Shown here in pieces: positions 1 to 12,020 of a stretch of 64,000 bases of DNA. Position 1 is the first letter of the stretch. Every line of letters starts with the position of its first letter. This DNA is from Felis catus (Eukaryota), in assembly GCF_018350175.1 (NCBI RefSeq), contig NC_058368.1:92320001-92384000 (forward strand), written 5' to 3'. A program made the position numbers and the translations under genes. The notes under the pieces were generated by a model, which saw only the letters and a list, made by a program, of their open reading frames with translations, had not been told where the DNA came from and did not search any database.

Positions 1-68
1 TCCCTTGTATCCTATGGCTATATGACTTTGGAAGACAGAGAATAGTATTTTGGATTTATTAAAGTCTT

Positions 69-280
69 TTTTTAAATGTTTATTTATTTTTGAGAGAGAG
101 AGAGAGACGGAGTGTGAGAAGAGGAGGGTCAGAGAGAGAGGGAGATGCTGAATCTGAAGCAGTCTCCAGGCTCCGACCTGTCAGCACAGAGCCTAAAGCA
201 GGGCTTGAACTCATGAACTATGACATCATGACCTGAACTGAAGTCGGACGCTTAACTGACTGAGCCCCCCCAGGTGCCCC
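69..280 (-). mobile_element. Can-SINE (feline SINEC)
   Basis: tRNA-like head, CT tract and A tail on the minus strand; TSD ggatttattaaagtctt at 52-68 and 283-299. Confidence 0.95.
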
Positions 281-437
281 AAGGATTTATTAAAGTCTTC
301 AGCAAATATTAAAATATGATGTAAAAGTGATATTAATCTAGTAAATATGTGTTAAAATGAACAGTTAAGGAATAGCTTGTTACTGGTGTCAAACTTCTTG
401 TGTGGGGAAATCACTTAGTAATATAAAATAGATATAA

Positions 438-1612
438 AGTAACACCAGCATTCTTCACAGAACTAGAACAAATAATCCTAAAATTTGTATGGAACCAGAA
501 AAGACCCCGAATAGCTAAAGCAATATTGAAAAAGAAAACCAAAGCAGGAGGCATCACAATCCCAGACTTCAAGCTCTACTACAAAGCTGTAATCATCAAG
601 ACAGTATGGTACTGGCACAAGAACAGACACTCAGATCAATGGAACAGAATAGAGAACCCAGAAATGGACCCACAAACGTATGGCCAACTAATCTTTGACA
701 AAGCAGGAAAGAATATTCAATGGAATAAAGACGGTCTCTTCAGCAAATGGTGCTGGGAAAATGACATCCACATGCAGAAAAATGAACCTAGACCACTTTC
801 TTACACTATACACAAAAATAAACTCAAAATGGATGAAAGACCTCAATGTAAGACAGGAAGCCATCAACATCCTTGAGGAGAAAGCAGGCAGAAACCTCTT
901 TGACCTTGGCCTCACAACTTCTTACTCAACATGTCTCTGGAGGCAAGGGAAACCAAAGCAAAAATGAACTACTGGGTCCTCATCAAAATAAAAAGCTTCT
1001 GCATAGTGAAGGAAACAGTCAGCAAAATGAAAAGGCAACCGACAGAATGGGAGATGATATTTGCAAATGACATATCAGATAAAGGGTTAGTATCCAAAAT
1101 CTATAAAGAACTTATCAAACCCAACACCCACAAAACAAATAATCCAGTGAAGAAATGGGCAAAAGACATGAACAGACACTTCTCCAAAGAAGACATCCAG
1201 ATGGCAAACCAACACATGAAAAAATCCTCCATGTCACTCATCATCAGGGAAATACAAATCAAAACCACCACGAAATACCACCTCACACCTGTCAGAATAG
1301 CTAACATTAGCCATTCAGGCCACAACAGATGTTGGTGAGGATGCAGAGAAAGAGGATCTCTTTTGCATTGCTGGTGGGAATGCAAACTGGTGCAGCCACT
1401 CTGGAAAACAGTATGGAGGTTCCTCAAAAAACTAAAAACAGAACTACCCTATGACCCAGCAATTGCACTACTAGGTATTTATCCAAGGGATATAAGTGTG
1501 CTGTTTCGAAGGGACACATGCACCCCAATGTTTACAGCAGCACTATCAACAATAGCCAAAGTATGGTAAGAGCCCAAATATCCATTTATGGATGAATGGA
1601 TAAAGAAGATGT

Positions 1613-1647
<35 letters not shown>

Positions 1648-2020
1648 ATCCAATGGAGTATTACTCGGCAATCAAAAAGAATGAATGCTTGCCATTTGCA
1701 ATTACATGGATGGAACTAGAGTGTATTATGCTAAGTGAAAGTAGTCAGTCAGAGAAAGACAAATATCATATGACTTCAGTCATAGGAGGACTTTAAGAGA
1801 CAAAACAGATGAACATAAGGGAAGGGAAGCAAAAATAATATAAAAACAGGGAGGAGGACAAAGCATAAGAGACTCTTAAATATGGAGAACAAACAGGGTT
1901 ACTGGAGGGGTTGTGGGAGCGGGGATGGGCTAAATGGGTAAGGGGCACTAAGGAATCTACTCCTGAAATCATTGTTTCACTATATGCTAACTAATTTGGA
2001 TGTAAATTAAAAAAATAAAA
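438..2020 (+). mobile_element. 5'-truncated LINE-1 (carnivore L1): disrupted ORF2 3' part, 3' UTR and poly(A)
   Basis: Peptides [58 protein letters not shown] and MEYYSAIKKNE are L1 ORF2; frameshifts plus stops at 1336-1338 and 1567-1569. Confidence 0.97.
1616..1645. repeat. (TA)n microsatellite inside L1
   Basis: Direct reading. Confidence 0.95.
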
Positions 2021-2024
2021 TTTA

Positions 2025-2261
2025 GGGGCGCCTGGGTGGTGCAGTCGGTTAAGCGTCCGACTTCAGCCAGGTCACGATCTCGCGGTCTGTGAGTTCGAGC
2101 CCCGCGTCAGGCTCTGGGCTGATGGCTCAGAGCCTGGAGCCTGTTTCTGATTCTGTGTCTCCCTCTCTCTCTGCCCCTCCCCTGTTCATGCTCTGTCTCT
2201 CTCTGTCCCAAAAATAAATAAACGTTGAAAAAAAATTAAAAAAAAAAATTTAAAAAAAAAA
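2025..2261 (+). mobile_element. Young Can-SINE inserted in the L1 A-tail
   Basis: ggggcgcctgggtgg...cagccaggtcacgatctcgcgg head, CpGs retained, A tail. Confidence 0.95.
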
Positions 2262-2486
2262 GAAAGGGAGGCTGGTCCCTCCTGGATATCAGAAACCATG
2301 CAGCCTAAAAAAAAAAAAAAAGCTAATATCCTTCTTTTGGTAAATATAAACTGTGATCCATTCTGTTCTGGGATTTTGGATAATGCAACAACTTTTGGTT
2401 ATATCCTTGCTAAGAACTTTAAGATTCAGTGTGAGTGGAGATGAACTGGAGAGTGGAGTAAAATGTGAGTGGAGAGAAATATAAAG

Positions 2487-2675
2487 TTTATTTATTTTGA
2501 GAGAGAAAAAGAGTGCGAGTCGGGGAAGGGCATAGAGAGAGAGAGAGAAGCTCAAGCAGGCTCTGTGCTGTCAGGACAGAGCCTGATGCTGGGCTCCACT
2601 TCACGAACCATGAGATCATGACCTGAGCTGAAGTCAAGAGTCAGGTGCTTAACCGACTGAGCCACCCAGGCGCCC
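2487..2675 (-). mobile_element. Can-SINE
   Basis: SINE head and tail motifs. Confidence 0.93.
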
Positions 2676-2740
2676 TGGGAAATACTTTACCCAAAATATT
2701 TGATTAGAATGATGGCAAACTTAATTCAAGAATTAATAAA

Positions 2741-2943
2741 GAGGGCGACTGGGTGGCTCAGTTGGTTACGCATCTGATTCTTGATTTCAGTTCAGGTCAT
2801 GATCCCAGGGTCATGGGATTGAGCCTCTTGTTGGACTCAGTGCTGAGCAGGGAGTCTGCTTAAGATTCTCTCTGTCTCTGTCTCTCTCTCTTTCTCTCCT
2901 CCCTTTCTCCCCAGCTCATGCACTCTCTCTCTCTAAAAAAAAA
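2741..2943 (+). mobile_element. Can-SINE (older type)
   Basis: SINE motifs; flanked by aattaataa repeats. Confidence 0.92.
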
Positions 2944-3150
2944 TTAATAAGGAGAATGGGAAGATAGGTGATGGTTTCAGTATGTAAGAGCTAGTTTAAC
3001 TACATGTGTGGCTCACATGTAACAGAAGGTACATGTAACATGTACAGAAAGTAAACTTCTTCTGTAAAAAGAGACTAGGTATCTTCCTGAATGCACCCAG
3101 TCTCAGGACCAATGCTGTGCCCTAAGATTCTCTCAAAGATCAGATACCTT

Positions 3151-3364
3151 GGGGCTCCTGGGTGGCTCAGTCAGTCAAGCGTTCGACTTCAGCTCAGGTC
3201 ATGATCTCATAGTTCTTGAGTTCGTGCCCTGCGTCGGGCTCTGTGCTGACAGCTCAGAGCCTGGAACCTGCTTCAGATTCTGTGTCTCCCTCTCTCTCTG
3301 CCCCTTCCCTGCTCATGTTCTGTCTCTCTCTGTCTCAAAAATAAATAAAAACATTAAAAAAAAA
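3151..3364 (+). mobile_element. Can-SINE (first of tandem pair)
   Basis: SINE motifs; preceded by aaagatcagatacctt. Confidence 0.95.
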
Positions 3365-3377
3365 TATCAGAGACCTT

Positions 3378-3603
3378 GGGGCTCCTGGGTGGCTCAGTCG
3401 GTTAAGTGTCTGACTTCAGCTCATGTCATGATCTCATAGTTCGTGAGTTTGAGCCCCGTGTCGGGCTCTGGGCTGACAGCTCGGAGCCTGGAGCCTGCTT
3501 CAGATTCTGTGTCTCCCTCTCTCTCTGCCCCTCTCCCACTCTCTCTCTCTCTCTCTCTCTCTGTCTCAGAGAAATAAATAAACATTAAAAAAAATTAAAA
3601 AAG
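3378..3603 (+). mobile_element. Can-SINE (second of tandem pair)
   Basis: SINE motifs; followed by aaagatcagagacctc. Confidence 0.95.
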
Positions 3604-4197
3604 TAAATCAATGCAAAGATCAGAGACCTCATTCCAAAGCATTCCAAACCATCTCTCTTGAAATAGAAGGAATAGGAGTATCTCTTTTCCACACTCATAT
3701 TAAGATACCTTCAAAATTCTATCCCTTGCTTTTCTTCTCTGGGTTTAATATTTTATAGACTAAATGTTTAATCATTCCTTTTAGGAATTTAAATGTTTAA
3801 ATTCCTTTTAGAATTTAGAGCAATTCTTTGAAAATGATATGTAATTCAAATGGGTACAAAGCTTTACTCAAAGGAATTAAATCCAAAGCAACTTGCCTTT
3901 GCCTTTGGCAGAGATGTGCCTACTTGAGGCAGAGACTGGCATATTTGTGGGTCTCTAGGGTGAAAGCTGTTTCTAGGTTCCTAGAAACACAGTCACAAGG
4001 GAAAACATAACCAAATAGCCAAGAAGATATTATTTTGTTTTACTTTTGTTAAATGACTTCATTTTAATATGAAAAATCACAAGAGAAAATTTAAGAGTTC
4101 TAATAAACAAACAGAAAAAGTAGACTGGAGAGTTTTGAACTTGAAGATTAGTGAAAATCTACAGAAACAAAAAACTGTTAGGAGAGTTTTGGCTCCT

Positions 4198-4578
4198 GGG
4201 GCACCTGGGTGGCTCAGATGGTTAAGCAGCCAACTTTTTTTGTTTTGTTTTGTTTTTAATAAAATTTTTACAGTTTATTTGTTTATTTTTTGACAGAGAA
4301 AGAGAGAGGAAGCAAGCAGAGAGGGGCAGAGAGAGAGGGAGAGAAAGAATCCCAAGCAGGCTCTGAGCTGTCAGCACAGAGCCCGACATGGGGCTTGAAA
4401 CCACAAATCATGAGATCACGACCTGAGGTGAAATCAAGAGTCAGACACTTAATCGACTGAGCCACCCAGGCACCTCAGGGTCTGACTCAGTCTCAGCTCA
4501 GGTCTTGATCTCAGGGTCATGAGTTCAAGTACCACATTGGACTCCACACTGGGCATGGGGGCCTACTTAAAAAATAAC
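4198..4578 (+). mobile_element. Older short Can-SINE split by a nested SINE
   Basis: Head at 4198-4235 resumes at about 4477-4578. Confidence 0.85.
4236..4476 (-). mobile_element. Can-SINE nested in another SINE
   Basis: SINE motifs on the minus strand. Confidence 0.93.
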
Positions 4579-4582
4579 AATA

Positions 4583-4845
4583 GGGGTGTCTGGGTGGCTC
4601 AGTTGGTTAAGCAACTGACTCAGTTTGCTCATGGCTCAGGCCATGATCTCATGGTTCATGGGTTCGATCCCCATGTTGGGTTCTGTGCTGACAGCTCAGA
4701 GCCTGGAGCCTGCTTCAGATTCTGTGTCTCCTTCTCTCTCTGACCCTCCCCAATTCACTCTGTCTCTCTCTCTCTCAAAAAAAGATATTAAAAAAATATA
4801 TAAAAAATACAAAATAAATAAATAAAATAATAAATAACAATAAAA
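4583..4845 (+). mobile_element. Can-SINE
   Basis: SINE motifs. Confidence 0.93.
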
Positions 4846-4929
4846 AGGAAGCTAGTGGCTTCCAAATTTTGTTGCATGTCAGAACGACTTGGGGGAATCT
4901 TTAAAAACTATGTGAAGCCGCTTGACCGC

Positions 4930-5145
4930 AGAGGCTTGTACCCACAAATCCAGGAATGCCAATATTCACCAGAAATTGGAAGAGGCAAGGAATAAAATCT
5001 TCCCTAGAGCTCTGGAGGGAAGGTGACCCTGCCAGCATCTTGATTTCGGACTTTTGGCTTCCAGATCTATGAGAGAATACATTTCCATTGTTTGAAGCCA
5101 CCCAGTTTTTGGGGATTTGTCATGGAAGCTGTAGGAAACTAATAT
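4930..5145 (+). mobile_element. MaLR LTR 3' part (MLT1-type)
   Basis: ccagaaattggaagaggcaagg...ttgatttcggacttttggcttccaga...aagccacccagttt...ggaaactaata matches the MLT1 3' end as I recall it. Confidence 0.8.
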
Positions 5146-5804
5146 ATTACCTAATGCTGCTACAGCAGCAGAGCAGATGTTAAAATGAGGGATAAGGTTG
5201 ATAAATGCAGGCTTCTTGCCATAAATGCATCACAGCCAGAGGGCAGCTTTGTGCTTTCGGGTTCAAGTGTCTCTATTGCGGGAGGCTGGGCTGGAGTCAC
5301 AGTCTGGCAGGCCATTGCCAACGTGAAAGAGCCTCTGCCTCAAATATCTTTTATTTTTGTATCATTTAGGACTTTTTCAGTTGTGACAAAAAAAAAAAAA
5401 GTCCGTCTGACCTCCCGAAAACTGGTGGATAGATGCTTGACTGAGATCCTGGTAGAAGGCACAATGTCTTCATTAGGCGATCGAAAAATGAAAGTGGGGT
5501 GGAATTTCTTTTCCTCTGGCGGTTCTGTCCCCTCCACTTGGGCTCTATTCTCAGACAACCTCTGCCCTTGGGGGCAGCTACAGATCTTCTGTCTTCACAA
5601 CCATATTGCCTCTGTCTCCTGACACTTCACTGCAGTGAGAGGGCCACTGGCTGAACCCATGGCTATGGACAGCATGATACCAAGAATTGATTGGTTTAGG
5701 CCAGTGTAAAGTGTACATATATCTAGATATGTGCTGATGTTCTTGCGTGTTTGATTCTGCCTCAAAGCTAAGTTTTAATGATTAGGGGTTCTGGTTCATT
5801 GTAA

Positions 5805-6238
5805 TTTTTTAAAATTTTATTTTAGAGGGGCACCTGGGTGGCTCAGTCGGTTGAGTGGCCGTCTTCGGCTCAGGTCATGATCTCACGGTCTGTGAGTTCG
5901 AGCCCCGCGTCGGGCTCTGTGCTGACAGCTCAGAGCCTGGAGCCTGTTTCAGATTCTGTGTCTCCCTCTCTCTGACCCTCCCCCCATTCATGCTCTGTCT
6001 CTCTCTGTCTCAAAAATAAATAAACGTTAAAAAAAATTAAAAAACAAATAAAATAAAATTTTATTTTAGAGAGAGAGTGCATGTGAACAGGAGAGGGGCA
6101 GGGGAGAGAGAGAACCTTAAGCAGGCCCCACACTCAGCACAGAGCCCGACATGGGGATCGATCCCACGACCCTGGGATCATGACCTGAGCCAAAATCGAG
6201 AGTTGGATGATCAACAGACTGAGCCTTCCAGGGACCCC
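5805..6238 (-). mobile_element. Can-SINE whose tail is split by a nested SINE
   Basis: Minus-strand SINE body at 6057-6238; tail remnant at 5805-5826. Confidence 0.88.
5827..6056 (+). mobile_element. Can-SINE nested in opposite orientation
   Basis: TSD taaaattttattttagag on both sides. Confidence 0.95.
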
Positions 6239-6339
6239 TTTGGTAATTTATTCTTGCAGATAGAACACCTGTATTTTAGTCTTGTTGGTCTTCATCAATT
6301 AGCATTCAGAAACTGTTTTGTTTTTTTTTTGCATAAATT

Positions 6340-6692
6340 TGGCTTTTTTTGGCTTTGTTATCAGATTCCAAGAATAAGTGAGTTCATATAGTATTTGTCT
6401 TTTGCTGTCTGACTTAATTCACATAGCATGATGCCCTTAAGATCCATCCATATTGTCAAAAATGGCAGGATTTTCTTTGTTTTATGGCTGAATAATGTTC
6501 CCCTTAGTATTTAGAAGGCATTATTCATTTGTCATCCTGGGAAGTGATGATGGCATCTTGATTTCTTATCCTTTGTTTCTGACATTTTTCCTCTTTGGTG
6601 GCTTATATTTGTGTGAGCCCATTCTATCTGTCATTTAGCTCTGGGAAATTTTTTTGAATTATTTCTTTAATAATTTCCTCTCTTTTATTTTG

Positions 6693-6723
<31 letters not shown>

Positions 6724-6840
6724 GTCAGACACTGCACCTTCTAAACCTCCAACTGCCTTTCCTCTCCTGGTTCCCATGTTTTTATGTCTTTGCTGTATTT
6801 TCTAGGGCATTTTCTCAACTTTATTTTCTAACCCTTCACT
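6340..6840 (-). mobile_element. Old L1 fragments (3' region)
   Basis: cagattcca...agtgag...gtatttgtctt...gatccatccatattgtcaaaaatggcagg is L1 3' sequence in antisense. Confidence 0.75.
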
Positions 6841-6855
6841 GATCTTTTACAATTG

Positions 6856-7090
6856 TTTTTTTTTTAATGTTCATTTGTTTATTTTGAGAGAGAGAGAGAG
6901 AGAGAGAAAGAAAGCACGTGTGAACAGGGGAGGGGCAGAGAGAGGGAGAGAGAGAATCCCAAGCAGGATCCGTACTGTCAGAGCAGAGCCCCAGGCCTGA
7001 CTTGGGGCTCGATCTCACGAATTGTGAGATCATGACCTGAACTGAAATCAAGAGTCACTCAACCAACTGAGCCACTCAACCAGGTGCCCC
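6856..7090 (-). mobile_element. Can-SINE
   Basis: SINE motifs. Confidence 0.93.
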
Positions 7091-7657
7091 ACAATTTTGT
7101 TTTAAATTTCCAAGTTCTCTGTTTTGTTTTTTGTTTTTTGTTTTTTTAAGCAATCCTTCCTTGTTTCTTGAAGTCATCTCTTAGGATGTCAATGAGTATT
7201 TTGTGTTTCAAGTTTTTCTTTTGCTCCATGGCCTTTCTCTTGTCTTGTTTGCCTGTTTTGATATTTTCTCTCACATTAGAAGCTTTCTACACATTGTCCA
7301 TTCTTCTTTATGTGAGGCATTAACAAGCTGGTGTAGGCTCTATGTGCGGTCAGGGCCTGTTAGTGGCTTCACTGTAGGATGATCCTGGGGGCACAGAGTT
7401 ATTTATTAGGGGACTCTCAAATGTCAGACTTTCCCCTTTACTTGGTTGGTTTCCCCAGAAAAGAATTGTACCTCCCTGTCTGAAATGGGGTGATTTAATC
7501 CTAGATATCTGGGCACTGAATGGAGGTAAGTGGCAGAGAGTCTCTATAGATCAGTACATAGACTCAGTATTTCTCTAGTTGTTTCATACCTTATTTTTGT
7601 CTTCTACTGCTCAGGATGTCCTTACATTCAGACTCTTTCAGGTTTGATTCACCAGAG

Positions 7658-8075
7658 CAGGGCTCTCAAATTCTTTGCTTTCAAAAGCCCTCTACATGAC
7701 CTTAAACATTATGGAGACCTCCAAAAAGCATTTGTTTATGTTGGTTATATCAATTGATGTTTACCATGTTAGAAATTACAACAGAAATTTAAGAAGTAGT
7801 TATTAATTCATTAAAAATAACTATAATAAACACATTGCATTTTAATACAAACACATGTTTATAAAAAAAAAAGCTAAAATTTCCAAAATAAGCAAACAAT
7901 TTAGTGAGAAGAGTAGCATTGTTTTATATTTTTGCAAATTGTTTAAGTGCTCATCTTAAACAGAAGACAGCTGGATTCTCATTTCTGCTCTGCACATATT
8001 CTTTAGAAAACTGCACTCTTGACTAAGGAGAGTAAAAAAAAAAAGGCAAATAATATTCTGGCATTATTGTAAAGA
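7658..8075. mobile_element. hAT-Charlie-type DNA transposon remnant (MER119-like)
   Basis: Begins cagggctctcaaa (hAT-like end), followed by ...gcatttgtttatgttggttatatcaattgatgtttacc; family recalled from memory. Confidence 0.6.
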
Positions 8076-8082
8076 CGGCTTT

Positions 8083-8280
8083 GGGCACCTGGGTGGCTCA
8101 GTCAGTTGGGTGTCTGACTTTGGCTCAGGTCATGATCTCATGGTTTGTGGGTTTGAGCCCTGCATCAGGCTCTGCACTGGCAGGGTGGAGCCTGCTTGGG
8201 ATTCTCTCTTTCCTTCTGCCCCTCCCCTGCTTGCGCGCTCTCTCTCTGTCTCTTGAAACAAAATAAAGCATTAAAAAAGA
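8083..8280 (+). mobile_element. Can-SINE
   Basis: SINE motifs. Confidence 0.92.
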
Positions 8281-8418
8281 ATTGGGTAGCTGGGGCTAAT
8301 GCATCCTATTTGATCATGTTTCTTTCCCCCAGTTTAGGAAGAGATGAACATCCAAATGGAATCCATAAACAGATATACTTAACTTTCTCTAGCTGGTATC
8401 CAAGGCACTCTCTTTAAA

Positions 8419-8617
8419 TTTTTAAAAAATATTTATCTATTTTTGAGAGAGAGAGAACACGAGGAGGGGAGGGGTCGAGAGAGAGGGGGACAGGGGATCC
8501 AAAGTGGGCTCTGTGCTGACAGCACAGAACCTGATGCAGGGCTCTAACCTGCGAACCATAAGATCATGTCCTGATCTGAAGTCGGATGCTCAACTGACTG
8601 AACCAGCCAGGTGCCCC
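8419..8617 (-). mobile_element. Can-SINE
   Basis: SINE motifs; taaattttt on both flanks. Confidence 0.92.
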
Positions 8618-8650
8618 TAAATTTTTAATTCCATCAAGTACTTTTGATTT

Positions 8651-8875
8651 TTCTTTTCTTTTTTTTTTTTTTCAACGTTTATTTATTTTTGGGACAGAGA
8701 GAGACAGAGCATGAACAGGGGAGGGGCAGAGAGAGAGGGAGACACAGAATCGGAAACAGGCTCCAGGCTCAGAGCCATCAGCCCAGTGCCCGACGCGGGG
8801 CTCGAACTCACGGACCGCGAGATTGTGACCTGGCTGAAGTCGGACGCTCAACCGACTGCGCCACCCAGGCGCCCC
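8651..8875 (-). mobile_element. Young Can-SINE
   Basis: Perfect TSD aagtacttttgattt at 8636-8650 and 8876-8890. Confidence 0.97.
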
Positions 8876-8990
8876 AAGTACTTTTGATTTAAAAGAAGAA
8901 TAATAATGCAACACAGTTGGATCCAAAGTGTGTATAGCCAAAACCCATGGAAGGAGAAGGGTGGGAATGATCTAAGTCTGTCTCCCACAG

Positions 8991-9081
8991 GGGCTCTTCC
9001 CTTCATCTTGGAGACGCCACCACTTCTACATACAAGGAACCTCTGCCAAGAACATTTTCCTATGACCACCTTGTCAGCAAG
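8991..9081 (+). other. Candidate internal exon (91 nt), product unknown
   Basis: Acceptor tctaagtctgtctcccacag| and consensus donor AAG|GTAAGT; no transcript evidence. Confidence 0.3.
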
Positions 9082-9252
9082 GTAAGTTTTTAGTTGGTCC
9101 TTATACTTGGGTCTGATACTACTTTGTGAAGCCTTCTTAGCTCAGCTACCCCACCATCTCCTCAAGTCTTTCCTCAGAAAGATCAGGCAGTTACTTTCAT
9201 CACTGATGGCCTGGGTGTAGTTTTTAAAGATACCATTTATCTAACATATAAC

Positions 9253-9460
9253 TTTATTTTTTAAGTTTATTTATTTATTTTGAGGGTGAGAGAGAGAGAG
9301 AGAGAGAGAGGCAGAGAGAAGGGGGGAGAGAGAATCCCAAGGAAGCTCTGCACTGTCAGCATGGAGCCCGATGTGGGGCTCTGACCCACAAACTGCGAGA
9401 TAATGACCTGAGCAGAAATCAAGAGTTGGTTACTTAATGGATTGAGCCACCCAGGTGCCT
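9253..9460 (-). mobile_element. Can-SINE
   Basis: SINE motifs. Confidence 0.93.
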
Positions 9461-10339
9461 CTAGCTTTATTTTTTTTTTTAATGGAATTTAACATTGAGC
9501 TTGAGCCCCATTTAGTTAATTCTGAGTTGTCTTACTTCTTGTAGGGAGGGAAAGAGGCATCTTATTCTTGGGTCATTGGCCCATACTGGCATCCGTCTGT
9601 CTCAGTCACAATGGCTTATTCCTGCCTGTTTTAGTCATCAGCTTCCATCCTTGCTAGCATCCATGAAATACTGGCTTCCTCAAATGGCTTCAAGTGCAAG
9701 TTCTAGAAGATATTCCCTGCTTCTTTGACTGACCTCAAGCCTTCTTTAGGTTCTTGGGCTTTCTCTGCTACACGGAGCCTCCATAGGGTCAGGTCAAGGA
9801 GACTTGTGATGCTCTTTGAAGCCACATTGGGTCATGAGAACTCAGTGGGGACTGTCTCTAGCTCCCTCTATCTGGTCGCCATGTCTGCTCCACCACTGCC
9901 GAGTCTGGATGAATTCTAGCATTTCATTTAGGAAGCAAAGTTCAGCTCTTGAATGATCACACATCCCCAAACGTAACGGTGGATCCTTTCAGCTGAAGAG
10001 GGCAGAGGTAGTTTTCAGGGCCACTCGCTAGTCTCTGGCACTCTTGCGTTCCTTCCGACTGCTGGTGCAGCTGAGAGAGCCCCCGTCATGGGTGAAAAAA
10101 GGTCTCTGCAAGTAGCCATATTTGTGCTTTATATCTGGATGTGGAAGCACCAAAGCCAGTAATTTGAATCCTTTGTTCTCCGGGTTGCCTGTGACAGGCT
10201 CCCTCATATCCCTTCACTCCCTGAAACGACGGGCACGAATTGTGACTTCTTTCTCTGTCAGGTATATTGTGTGTGTAGGTGTGTGTAGCTTGTTGTCCCC
10301 ATTTTTTGAGGTTTTATTTTTGGAGATATAAGTGTACTA

Positions 10340-10850
10340 TTTTTTGCTCTTTTTCCCGTTCTCCCTTTCTGGCCGACTATAATTCATATATGACAACCGG
10401 AACAGCTGTGTGACACGTCCTTGAGCATGTACGTCAGATTCTGAGGATGGCAGGACAGGAAATGAAGAGGAGCCTGGGTCCCCGGTAACTTCATGCCCTG
10501 GGCTGCCTACCCTGAGACAAACAGCCCTATGCTTGGATCGTCTGCTGTGAGAGAATCCTCCCTATGTATTTAAGCTCCTAGTATTTTTTTTTCAAATTTT
10601 ATTATTTTGAGAGAGAGAGAGAGAGAGAGAGAGAGGTGTAAATGGAGAAAGGGCAGAGAGAGCAAGAGCGAGAGAACCCCAAGCAGATTCCACGCTGTCA
10701 GCACAGAGCCTGGTGCAGGGTTGCATCTCACCAACCATGAGATCATGATCTGAGCTGAAATCAAGAGTTGGAGGCTTAGCTGACTGAGCCACCCAGGCGC
10801 CCCTAATATTTTTCTTTAAGTAGAGCTAAACCTACTTCTAACTGATACTG
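10340..10850 (+). mobile_element. Old MaLR LTR (MLT1J/K-like) split by a SINE
   Basis: gaggatggcagg...aggagcctgggtccc...ctgcctacc and terminal ctaactgatac. Confidence 0.6.
10583..10803 (-). mobile_element. Can-SINE
   Basis: SINE motifs. Confidence 0.93.
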
Positions 10851-11139
10851 CTGCCCTAATCATTTCAAACTTGAGCCTATACGTACAGAGTAGACACAAA
10901 GGGCAACAGGACCTCCTCGCCACCGTCAAGGAGCCCACCAGCCAGGATGATGGAAGGAACTTGCACAATCAGCCAGCACAAGGTGAAGTTGGATACATGC
11001 AGGAGGATGTGGAAAATGCGGAGGGCTGAGGCTAAGGACACGCGAGTGTAGCATGGAGCAAATAGGGTGAGAGACCCGGGAAAGGATGGATATTGATGGA
11101 AAAGGATAGATGTTTACTTTTGTTCTGTTTTGTTTTTGG

Positions 11140-11330
11140 TTGGCGACTGGAAGGGAGGGGCTTCCCAGGCAGAATGAGTAACACGAGCAAAGGAAGATTG
11201 CTCGACACCTGTTCGAGAAGTGCCACATTGTCTAGTTTGGCAACGTTCCTGTGCAGAGAAGCGCAAGGAGAGACGAGGGTAGAGATGGGCTGAGGTACAT
11301 TGAATGCCCATGTAGCAGGGTCCACTGAAA
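11140..11330 (-). mobile_element. L2 fragment
   Basis: cttcccaggcagaatgagtaacacgagcaaagg resembles antisense L2. Confidence 0.45.
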
Positions 11331-11641
11331 AATAGTGATGAGCTTCTCCATTTTTATTTCCATGCTCTTGGCTTTCTCTGCAGTCAGCCAAGGCCTACAA
11401 CTTCGTTGGGAGCAGAGACGTTTGCATTCTTAAAGTTCAAGGTGGAAATGAAAAGCAAGTGTTAATATTGAGCTTATGAAACTCAACATAGAATTTAGCA
11501 GCAAGACAATGAGCTTGGAAGCCAAGTTTTGTCTTCAAAGGAAGACACCTTTCTGACTTCCTTTAACAGGTGGAGAACACATCCCTTAGGACTCAGGTCA
11601 TAGGATTCTGCTGCAGTGTTCATTATTTATGTATTAAAAAA

Positions 11642-11849
11642 TTTTTTTTAATGCTTATTTATTTTTGAGAAAGACACAGAGCACGAGCAGCGGAGGGGCA
11701 GAGAGAGAGGGAGACAATAGAATCTGAAGCGGTCTCCAGGCTCCGAGCTGTCAGCACAGAGCCCGATATGGGGCTCGAACCCATGAACCGTGAGATCATG
11801 ATCTGAGCTGAAGTCAGGCACTTAACTGACTGAGCCACCCAAGCACCCC
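11642..11849 (-). mobile_element. Can-SINE
   Basis: SINE motifs. Confidence 0.93.
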
Positions 11850-11873
11850 TGCAGTGTTTAAAAGACTCCCTGT

Positions 11874-12020
11874 GGGGGTCGCCTGGGTGGCTCAGTCCAT
11901 GAAGCATCTGACTCTTGATCTCAACTCAGGTCTTGGTCTCAGGGTTGTGAGTTCAAGCCCTGTGTTAGATTTCACACCAAGTGTGGATCCTACTTAAAAG
12001 AAAATACAACAAAAAGAAAA
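11874..12020 (+). mobile_element. Short older Can-SINE
   Basis: Head without CT tract; degenerate TSD aaaagactccctgt / aaaagattcccctgt. Confidence 0.88.

Noticed and set aside
526..1796. L1 ORF2 fragments as functional CDS
   Set aside because: 5'-truncated, frameshifted, with in-frame stops and an inserted (TA)n.
3001..3047. Four ACATGT hexamers as a p53-family site
   Set aside because: Flanks and spacing do not fit RRRCWWGYYY tandem half-sites; likely micro-duplication.
5185..5622. 145-aa + strand ORF
   Set aside because: Runs through a poly(A) tract and probable old LTR sequence; no recognisable domain.
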